From a bacterium (GTDB taxonomy: Bacteria; UBA9089; CG2-30-40-21), in the NCBI GenBank assembly GCA_030018795.1, contig JASEHA010000001.1, forward strand, positions 1-57,225: 57,225 nucleotides of DNA, in the 5' to 3' direction. Every line of letters begins with the position of its first letter. Position 1 is the stretch's first letter. Both the position numbers and the translations under genes were made by a program. The notes beneath the pieces were generated by a model. The model had not been told where the DNA came from, did not search any database, and worked only from the letters and a program-made list of their open reading frames with translations. Below, in pieces: positions 42,001-54,000 of the stretch.

Positions 42001-45000
42001 CCATATTGTGCTGCCTCGAGTTTAGGGACATTCAGCACTACCTTTGTGGTTAATATTCAGCCAGCAGGTGTAACAACCATAAGGGCACAGGGCATAGGTT
42101 CTGGTCGAGTGGCTGTAAGCATCTTTGGTATTAGTCCAAAAATTGTTTCTGTAACACCAACACAGGGGACGCTGGGTGTCCTTGTTACGGTTAAGGGTGA
42201 CGGCTTTGCACCCAATGAAGGGGTAGCCATTGACTTTGGGACATCAGGGTCAATCACAGAGCTTGTTGCAGATAATAATGGTGAGTTTACCACTATCTTT
42301 ACGGTTGATAATCAGCCTTATGGCTTAACGACTATTGTGGCTGTTGGTAGCAAGACATGTATGCCAGCAGAAAAAGTAGTGTTTGTTATCCGGGGTGTTA
42401 TCCATGTTACGCCTACTGTTGGTACGGTAGGAAGGGTGATTAATATCAGTGGCACTGGATTTGCAGCAAATGCCGGTGTCAGGGTTGACCTTGGTTTGAC
42501 ATCAGGCATTACTACTATCAGCAGTGATGTAAACGGGGCATTTGATGGTGTATTTACTATTAACACACAGTGTTATGGCACAACAACCGTATTGGCTGAG
42601 GCAGCTGATGTGGGGACAGACACTATATTTATTAAACCGCAGGTGGTTAGTGTTGAGCCAACAGCAGGCACGGTTGGCACTATCGTTATGATTTACAGCA
42701 CAGGTTATGTTGCGGGTGAGAGTGTAAATATTGCCTTTGGCACTAATGCGAGCATTCAGACGGCAATTGCCGGTACATATGGGTCATGGACCACAAGCTG
42801 GACAGTTGATGTCCAGGCGTATGGGACAACGACTATTACTGCCAGCGGTATCAGTGTGGCAACAAATGTGTTCCGTATCCAGCCGCAGGTGGTTAGTGTT
42901 GAGCCGACAGCAGGCACGGTTGGCAGCGTGGTAGCGATCTATGGCACAGGCTATGCTGCAGGTGATAATATCACGGTAGCGTTTGGCACCAATGCTGGTA
43001 TTCAGACGGCAATTGCCGGGCAGTATGGGTCATTCACCACAAGCTGGACAATTGATGTTCAGGCGTATGGTACCACAACCATTACTGCCAGCGGTGTGAG
43101 CATGGCGACAAATGTGTTTAGCATTCAGCCGCAGATAGTCAGTGTCTTGCCAGCATCTGGCAGCGTTGGCACAATCGTTACGATTTATAGCACAGGCTAT
43201 GCCTCAGGTGAGACAGTGAATATTGCCTTTGGCACGAATGCCAATATTCAGCAGGCAGTTGCAGGGCAATATGGCTCATGGACAGCAAGCTGGACAGTGG
43301 ATACCCAGAGGTATGGCACCACAACCATTATTGCCAGCGGGATAAGTGTTGCTATGAATGTCTTTTACATCGAGCCAGAGATGTACAGTGTCATACCTCC
43401 AGCAGGCACAGTAGGCAGCCTGGTAACGGTTTCTGGACAGGGGTATCAGGCTGGAGAGATGATTAGTGTTGCCTTTGGATGGACACCATCCATTACCAAT
43501 GCTATTGTTGAGGCTAATGGTGCCTTTGTGGCTGTTCTTACAGCTGATACCCAGCCGCAAGGGACAAGAAGTATTGTGGCTACAGGTGTCAATAGCGGGT
43601 TGATAAGCAGGAATAATTTTGTTATTATCGGTGAGATTATTGGGATTACACTTAAGGCGGCAACGGTTGGAAGCATTATTACTGTTACTGGGACAGGCTA
43701 TGGTGTGGGTGAGGAGATTACCATTGACCTTGGGTTAACCAATGCCATTACAAAGGGTTATCCGCAGGCAGACGGAGTGTTTAATATTCCATTTACTATT
43801 GATACTCAAGTTTTAGGGACAACTACGGTTATAGCCAGGAGTGCATCCTGCTATGATACGACTAATGTCTATATCCTGCCAGCTATCTATGATATTATAC
43901 CAAAGGCTGGCTCGGTTGGCACAACTGTTAATGTGTTTGGCAATGGATATGCGGGCAATGATCAAGTGTATATCAGCTTTGGTAAGACAGAAAACATCAA
44001 GTTGGTCAAGTCACAGAATGTCTCTGCCATGGGCAGCTTTGCAACAACGTTTGTTGTTGATGTTCAACCGTCAGGCACAGTAACGATTACTGGCACAAGC
44101 AGTACATTCGGCTTGAGCGGCACATATCAGTTCCGTATCTGTGGTGAGATTACTATGGTAAGCCCAACAATTGGCTCTGTGGGTACACCTGTCAGTGTGG
44201 CTGGTAATGGATATGGTGCTGGTGAGGATGTCAGGATTGAGCTTGGGGCAGTAAATACCCGGGCAATAGTTATGGCAGATGATAGCGGTGTTTTTGAGAC
44301 AATATTTACCATTGATACTCAAGCGTTTGGGACAAAGACAATAGTGGTTACAGGTATAGGGACAGGCGATACAGATAATGAGCCACTTAGAATATTTGCC
44401 AACATCATTGGGATTACTCCAACAATGGGTTATGCAACCATAATTATCAATGTCAGGGGCAATGGCTATGGCTCAAGTGAACAGGTAAAGATTGATTTTG
44501 GCAAGACAATCAGCCTTGTCTCCTGCTTGAGTGATCAATATGGTTCATTTGATATTACCTTTACCACAGATACTCAGCCCATGGGTTCAAATACAGTAGC
44601 TGCAAGTGGGCTGTCGAGCAATGAATATGCATATACATACTTTGCTATTGTTCCTCAGATAGTTATTGTTACCCCAACCATTGGCACAGTAGGGACTATA
44701 GTCCGTGTTGAGGGCAGAGGGTATCAGTCAAGCGAGGCTGTCAGGATTGACTTTGGCTGGCATTATGGAATTACTCAGACAACAGCATTAGCAAATGGTG
44801 TGTTTAATGCTGTATTTGTGGTTGATACCCAGGAGTGTGGCGGGACAGCGATACATGCTTATGGTCTAAGCTCTAACGTTGAATCAATCAAAGACATTAC
44901 TATAGTTAGTAATGTTGTTCAGGTAACACCATCTCGTGGCAGTGTAGGCACAGTGGTTAATGTGCTTGGCACAGGGTATGGTGATTCTGAGATAGTAAGG

Positions 45001-48000
45001 GTTGATTTTGGAACAACAGCATCTATTATAATCACAACCTCTTCTGTCTATGGTCGGGTCTCAGTCAGCTTTACCATTGATACTCAAAGTTGTGGGACAA
45101 CAACCGTATCTGTAAACGGTCTGCAAAGCAATGAGTCAAGCGGCTCAAGATTTACTATTTTCGGCAATATAGTAAGCATTACACCAACAAGGGCAACCGT
45201 AGGGACAATGATTTCCTTGCTTGGCAATGGTTATGGTGCTGATGAGGTGGTTGATATCAACCTTGGCAAGACATTGCCAATTACAACGATTACAACAGAT
45301 ATTACTGGGTTGTTCAGCACAGTGTTTACAGTTGATACCCAAAAATGCGGGACAACAACCATGGCAGCTGTTGGCAGGATAAGCAAGGAATCTGTTGTCA
45401 GGGGTGTAAATATCTACGCTAACATCTGGCAGGTATCACCAGGTACTGGTCCAGTGGGAACAATAGTCACGGTCTCTGGCAATGGGTTTGATCAATTAGA
45501 GCAGGTTCGGGTTGATTTTGGTATTAGTCGAAGTATGTGTGAGCCAATAACATCACAGAATGGTTCATGGACAGTAGTATTTACCGTTAATATCCAGCCA
45601 GCAGGAAACATTGCCATAATTGCTGAGGGCATGGATTCTGGTCAAAAGGCAGTGTCAGTGTTTGTCATAGCTGGCAAGATATTTGTGACACCAAATAATG
45701 GCACAGTAGGCAAGGTTGTGCGGGTTTATGGTGAGGGATTCTCAAACAGGGAATGGGTTAAGGTAGACTTTGGTGTAACACCAAGTGTGACTAAGGCATT
45801 AACCTCAAGCAATGGCACCTTTAGCACTACCTTTACCATTGATACCCAGGCTGCTGGAACAACAACAATCCTGGTAAAAGAAACAAAGACTGGCGGTATC
45901 TCAGCAGATACAACCCTGTACATACATGGAAATGTGGTTATAGTTACGCCGAATAAGGGAACGATTGGAACAAGGATTGAGATTTCTGGCAATGGCTATG
46001 CTGCTGGTGAACCATTACGGATTGAGTTTGGCTCAACATCAAGCATTGGCAATGCCCTTGCCAGCAGTATAGGTACGTTTACAGCTGCCTTTACCATGGA
46101 TACTCAAGGGTCAGGCATTACAACCATTATTGTTCATGGGCTTACATCAGAAGAGAAGTCCGCAGGTACGGTTACTATCTGTGCTGAGATTATTCTGATA
46201 ACACCAACAAGGGCAACGGTTGGTACACCAATATATATTGAGGGCACAGGGTTTACTGCCTCTGAAAACATTCGCATGAAGCTTGGGATTAATGCTGCGA
46301 TTATTGTTCCCAATACAGTCTATGCCTCTGGTTATGGCTCATTTGCAACAACCTTTACTGTAGATACTCAACCATCTGGCGATACACAAATATTTGTTTA
46401 CAGCTATCCGAGTGCACAGACAAGTGAGGATCCAAAGGCATACAGCTCACTTGCTATCTACTCAAATATTACGTCTATTACCCCAAATAGTGGAACAGTA
46501 GGCAGCTTTGTTACGGTTTATGGTAATGGGTATGGGTTGAGCGAGGCAGTCAGGGTTGACTTTGGCAAGAAGGCATCTATGTCTATGGTTACGGCTAATG
46601 TCAGCGGTGAGATAGTCTCAATCTTTACGGTTGATACTCAGAGCTTTGGAACAACAACAATAATAGCTGTTGGAATATCTACAGCTGAGACTGCTTCAGG
46701 GCTTTATTGTATCAGGGCCAATATTATTCTTACCTCACCCACAAAGGGTACGGTTGGAACAATCATTACATTAGCTGGTAATGGGTATGGTGATAATACC
46801 GGTGAGTTTATTCGGGTTGATTTTGGGACCACACCATCTATAAGTGTAATCAAGGCAAACAGTAGTGGTGAGTTCTTGACAACATTTACTATTGATACAC
46901 AGGTTCGTGGACCAACAACCATTACTGCAGAGGGCTTGACTACCAGAGAGATAGTGCTCAGCAGCGTGCAGATATATGCTAATATTACAACACTTACCCC
47001 AACTCGAGGCTCAGTGGGAACGATTATTACCTTAGTGGCTAATGGTTATGGTCCAACAGAGCAGATGAAGGTTGATTTTGGTGCAACGAGTGAAATCATT
47101 GATGTCTATACAGATATTACCGGTGCATTCAGTACAACCTTTACAGTTGATACCCAGGTTTCAGGGACAAAGACTGTAGTGGTTATTGGCAGGGTGAGCT
47201 TTGAGCAGGACCAAAGGCTGTTCTATCTTCATACAAACATTGCTCAGTCAACACCAATGGCAGGGACTATTGGCACACCAATTACTATTGAGGGTCATGG
47301 GTTTGGAAGGTATGAACCAATAAGGGTTGATTTTGGTACCACCAATGCAATTATTTCACCATTACCAACAGCAGAGGAAAATGGTACCTTTGTCTATACC
47401 TTTACCGCAGATGCACAGGTAAATGGTCAAACAAGGATACTGTGCACTGGCATGGATACCAATGAAAAGGGTTATGCTACATTTACGGTACAGGTGCATG
47501 TAACTACCTTTAAGCCAACCTTTGGCTCAGTAGGGACAATAGTTAGTATCATTGGCGATGGTTACAGCGGCAGTGAAACAGTACGAATAAGCCTGGGCAC
47601 AAACAGAACCATTACAACAGTAAAGAGCAATGTTGCTGGTGAGTTTACAACCACCTTTACCATTGATACCCAGTCTGGTGGAACCGCAAGCGTGATAGCT
47701 TATGGGCTTGATTGCCAGCAGGATGAATTAAGAATGTTCAGGATATACACGAATATTGTGGTTGTTTCACCAGGTCAGGGTAGTGTTGGGACACCAATAT
47801 TTGTTACTGGTAATGGCTACTTAGCAGATGAGGGTATCAGGGTTGACTTTGGGAAGGTAATAACCAGGACATCTGCTACTACTGATAGCCGTGGCTATTT
47901 TGAGGCATCATTTACCATTGATACGCAAAAGTTTGGGACAACAAGTATAACCGCAGCCGGTCTGGTAAGCATGGAGCAGTCAGAAAAGACACTGCTTATC

Positions 48001-51000
48001 AGGTCAAATATTATCACGGTTACGCCAACAAGGGCAACAGTAGGGACAATTATTACTGTAGCCGGTAATGGCTATGAAGCAGATGAGGATGTCAGGATTG
48101 ACTTTGGCTATACTCAAACCATTCAGCAAACATTAAGCAATGCCTCAGGTGAGTTTAATACCAGCTTTACACTTGATACTCAAGCCTATGGGACAACCAC
48201 GATAGTTGCTACTGGGGCTGTCTCTCGTGAGGTATCGCGGTCAGGGCTGTCTATCTATGCAAACATCACTATAGTTTCACCATCAAGGGGAACGGTTGGC
48301 ACAACAATTACTGTTTGTGGCAATGGTTATGGGGCAAGTGAGACCATAGCTATTGACCTTGGCTGGACAACGAGTAGAACAACAACGATTACAGATTATA
48401 CGGGCTATTTCTCAACCACCCTGACCATTAATGTCCAGCCATGCGGCACAACAATAGTAATGGCAAGGGGTATTGCTTCAGGTGAGACAGATAATGATAG
48501 TCTGGTTATTTTCTCCAACATCTATGAGGTTTCACCTGTTTGGGGTATGGTGGGTGAATTGGTTACCATCTATGCCGATGGCTTTGGTGCTAATGAACAG
48601 GTTGAGATAAACTTTGGGATTACACCAACCATTACTCAAGCAGCAACAGACTATAAGGGTGCGTTTACAGGTATATTTACGATTGATGTGCAGCCTGCTG
48701 GCTGGACAACGATTACAGCTTATGGAATGAATAGCCATGAGGTAGCAAGCAATAAGTATAGAATATCGGCCAAGATTACAGTATTGTCACCGTCACACGG
48801 TACAGTGGGAACGATTGTCAGGGTTGATGGTAATGCCTTTGCAGCTACAGACTCAGTCAAGATTGACTTTGGCTGGACAAAAGCGATTGTTAAGGCCAGC
48901 TGTAATGATGCGGGCGTATTCTCAATAACCTTTACCATTGATACTCAAATGGTTGGGACAAGAACTGTCATGGCTAACTCAACTAAGAATCTGGAGCTTT
49001 ATGCCTTCCAGATATTTACGATTGAGCCACATATTACACAGGTAACACCAAATGAAGGAACAGTAGGGACGTTAATTACAGTCAGGGGTGATGGCTATGC
49101 GGCTACAGAGACAATAAGGATAGACTTTGGATGGACAACGAGCAGAACCAGTGTGGTTTCAGACTATCGCGGAGGATTTGAAAAGACATTTACCATTAAT
49201 ATTCAGCCTTATGGTATAACCAATATCATTGCTACAGGTATGGATAGTAATGTAATGGATGAAGACAGCTTGCTTATCAAGGGTAATATTACCAGTATTG
49301 TGCCATCATTTGGTACGGTTGGCAGCAGTGTTATGGTAACTGGTGATGGGTTTACAATAGAGGAGAATATCCAGATTCTCTTCGGTTATGATGTCATAAC
49401 AGATACAAATACAAACTATCGAGGTGAGTTTACCGCATACTTTACGGTAAATACTCAGGCTGCAGGGACAACTACGGTTGAGGTAGCAGCCTTAATCTCA
49501 TCACAGGATCTGATTGGTGGGTTCTATATCAAGGGTAATGTCCTGACAATGACACCAATTGATGGGACAGTAGGAACAAATGTATCTATCAGTGGTAATG
49601 GCTATGGGGCAAATGAGGAGATAAGGATTAGCCTTGGTGAGACTATAACCAGGGGTATGGGTCTGGCAACAGATGCTGGTGTGTTTGAATTTAGCTTTAC
49701 CATTGATACCCAGCCAAGCGGTCCAAAGACAGTAACTGCTTATGGCATCAATTCAGGTGAGATAGATTCAACCAGGGTGTTTACCATTGTGCCAAAGATT
49801 GATAGCGTTACCCCTGCACAGGGCTCAGTTGGTTCTATAGTGAACGTCTATGGCAGCGGTTACTGGGCGAATGAGGGTATTCGTGTTGATTTTGGCAATT
49901 ATGTCAGTCGAGCGGTTGTTTCAACCGATAACAGCGGTGCTTTTGTGGCAGTATTTACTGTAGATACTCAAATCTATGGAGTAACAACCGTTGTGGCTGA
50001 AGGGACAGGCTCAACGATTCCAAGGTATAGCAGCTTCTTTATTCGCGGGAATGTTACCAGTGTATCACCCAACGAGGGTACCATTGGAACAATAGTAACC
50101 GTGCTTGGCAATGGCTATGGCTCAATAGAGGATATAAGCCTATACTTTGATGTTTATCCAGAGTCTGTTGTTAAGACAGATAATATCGGCAGCTTTAAGT
50201 CAGTCTTTGGTGTCAGGGCACAACCTGGTGGGACAAAGACAATTACTGCCCGTGGGGCAAATACAGCTGAGTTTAAGGCATCCACCTTCCTTGTTAAGGC
50301 TCGTATCATCATGATCAGTCCAGCAAGCGGAACTGTAGGCAGTTATGTTACCGCAGCTGGTGATGGCTATAATGCTACTGAGATGGTGAAGATAAATTTT
50401 GGTACAAAAGAGATGATTGTCTCTGTTCAGGCTGCTGCTGGTGTGTTTAGTGCTGTATTTACTATTGATACTCAAGGCTTTGGGACAACAACCATTCAGG
50501 CATTAGGGGTAAAGTCAGGGCTATCAGGTATTCAAAAGATTCTTATTACTCAAAGGGTTATACTTGTAACACCAAATAATGGTACGGTTGGCTCATCAGT
50601 TGAACTGAGGGGTAATGGCTATGGCTCAAGTGAAACCATATCTATTGGTTTTGGGACAACTGCAACCATTACCCAGGTAATAGCCGGGCAGAATGGGTTG
50701 TTTATAGCCGTGTTTACGACTACAGAGCAGTTCTTTGGTTCAAAGACCATAACCGCTTCAGGGCTTTCTACAGGGTGTGTTGATTATGGCTATTTTACCA
50801 TTATACCAAGGGTAGTTATTACACCATTGATGGGTACGATAGGAACAATGGTGGCTGTCAATGGTACAGGGTATCGCTCGATTGAGCGGGTAAGGGTTGA
50901 CTTTGGGATGTTAAAGCCTATAGCCACGGTTTGGACAAACAATGTTGGCAGCTTTGAGTCAGTCTTTGCGGTGGATACTCAAGGTTATGGAACGACAACC

Positions 51001-54000
51001 ATTATTGTTACAGGACTTGGTGCTAGTCCGATAAGGGTGGCTACCTGTATATTTAGTATTATGCCGCAAACATTTATCTCACCGCTTTCAGGGACAGTTG
51101 GACAGCTGGTGACTGTAAGCGGTAATGGTTGGGGTTATGTAGAGGGTGTCAGGGTTGACTTTGGGACAACTTCATCCATTATAGTTGCTATGACCAATGA
51201 CCGGGGGACATTTGCTACAACATTCAGTGTTGATGTCCAGTCGGCTGGCAAGACAACCATAACTGTAACTGGCGTGAACTCTAAGCAGGTGTTTGTCAAT
51301 AGCTTCTTGATAACCAGTAAGATTGCTGAGTATTCTCCAACTATGGGTACGATTGGGACAATGGTCAGCCTGATGGGTAATGGCTATTTGCCGAATGAGA
51401 CGATTGAGGTTGCCTTTGGCTGGACAAGAAGTATAACCATAGCTCAGGCAAATGCTCTGGGTGTGTTTAATACTGGGTTTACGGTTGATGTTCAGCCCTG
51501 CGGAAACAGAACGATTGTGGCTACAGGTTATGGATCAAACAATGTCAGTCGAGCAGCATTTAGTATTATACCGAACATTACCATGGTAACGCCTGCAGCT
51601 GGAACAGTAGGCTCAATGGTTTCTATAGCTGGTAATGGGTATGGTGTCAGTGAATTCATTGAGGTTATCTTTGGAACAAACAATGAGATACCGATATTTG
51701 AGTCAACAAGTGATGGCAGGTTTACAGCAGATTTTGTCGTTGATGCACAGCCAATGGGGCAGACAATAATCAGTGCTCTGGGCTTGAATTCAAACAGGTG
51801 TGCTACAAACAGCTTTACCATCACATCATTGATTGGTGTAATACCAGGTATAGGAACGGTTGGACAATCTATAGTGGTTTGGGGTACTGGTTATCCGGCA
51901 GGCGAGATTATCAATGTTGACTTTGGTCTAACCGATACGATTACTCCAAATATCCTTACTGGCAATAACGGTTCATTTGATACCTCGTTTATAGTTAATA
52001 CTCAAGTTTATGGGACTACTACGGTTAATGCAACCAGCATTCCGGGCAATGTATCTTGCCAGACAATGTTTACCATCCTGCCGCATATCAACTGGGTAAC
52101 ACCTGAGGCAGCAACGGTTGGGACGATTATTACCATTGCTGGCGATGGGTTTGTGGCAGGTGACAGTATAAATATTATCTTTGGAACAAATCCAGCGATT
52201 GTTGGGACAAATAGCAGGCAAGACGGCTCGTTTGTGGTTACATTTATTGTTGATGAGCAGGCTTATGGCAGTCGAACGATTACTGGTGTTGGTCAGGCAA
52301 CACCTGATAATGGTATTGGCTACCTGAAGATTATGCCGGAGATAGTCTCAATTGTTCCCACAATAGGTACGGTGGGAACAATAGTAACGGTTAAAGCCTC
52401 TGGTATGCCGGATAATGAATATTTGTGGATTGACTTTGGCTTAAGCCCGAATGTTCAGGGTCCAATTGCTCCGGTAGCTTATGGTACATTTACATCTGAG
52501 TTTGTGGTTGATACTCAAATCTCTGGGACAACAACCGTGACGGTCAGGGATACAGTGGTAGATGCTCATAAACAATTCTATATTGATGCAAAGATATACT
52601 CACCAGAGCCTATATCTGGGACAGTAGGAAGCACGGTTAGCATTCATGGTGATGGGTATGGGGCAAATGAGATTATTAGAATAGGCTTTGGAACAACGGT
52701 GTCTATCAATAGTGTTGAAACGACAGAATCTGGTACATTTGTGACCGTCTTTGTGGTTAATACTCAAGCAAGAGGGTTGACCACCATTACCGCTACAGGC
52801 TTAAATACCAATGAGGTTGATATCAGGACATTTACGATTGTCCCAGAGATTATTCTGGTTACACCGACAAGGGCAACAGTGGGAACAATTATCGAATTGA
52901 AGGGCAATGGGTTTGTTGGTAATTGTCCAATAAGGGTTGATCTGGGGACAACACAGGGTATTAAGGATACAAATACAGATGTAACTGGTTACTTCTCAAC
53001 AGCATTTACTGTGAATACTCAAGGGTATGGGACAACAAGCATTATAGCCGGCTCTGAAGCAGACAGCATGTTTATCTACAGTGAGATTATCAGGATAACG
53101 CCAACAAAGGCAACGGTTGGTACAGTGATTAGCATTGCCGGGACAGGATATGGTGCCAATGAGCTGGTTCTGGTTGACTTTGGTTGGACAAAACCAATAG
53201 CAACCATAACTGCATTGGCTACAGGGTATTTTGAGACAGTATTTACAATAAATATCCAGCCTGCTGGAACAACTACAGTGGTTATGACTGGTGTGGCAAG
53301 CAAGGAAACCAACCAGAAGACAGTGGTTATCTACTCTTCGTTCGTAAGTGTAACACCAGTATCAGGTACGGTAGGAACAATAGTCTCTGTTGCTGGTGAT
53401 GGCTATGCTGCCAGTGAGGCGGTGAGGATAGATGTTGGTGAAATAGCTTCAAGAACAACAACAATAAGCAGCTATGCTGGAGCGTTTGGGACACTGTTTA
53501 CGATTGATGTTCAGCCATATGGGACAACAAGCGTTGTGGCTGTGGGGATGAATAGTGGTGAGATGGCTAAGGATTGTTTCCGTATCGAGCCAAATATTAC
53601 CTCTATTGCTCCAGGGTCAGGTATTGTGACTAATAGTGTTACTGTTACCGGTAATGGCTATGGTGCCAGTGAATTGATAAGGGTTGACTTTGGGCAGACA
53701 ACAACGATTACCAGTGTCCAGTCCAGCAGGTGGGGCAGTTTTACAGCTGTGTTTACGGTTGACAAGCAGCCAACAGGTGATAAAACAATTACTGCCTGTG
53801 GAATATTATTTAATGAGAAGGCATATGAGCACTTCACGATTATCAGCGGACTATTCATCTCGCCAGGGATTGGCAGCGTTGGAACAATAGTTACAGTCAA
53901 TGGGAGTGGGTATGACAGTAATGAGCAGGTTCAAATAGATCTTGGCAAGACAAAAACTATTGCCAGCGTATCGGCAAATGCGTCAGGGTTGTTTACTACT

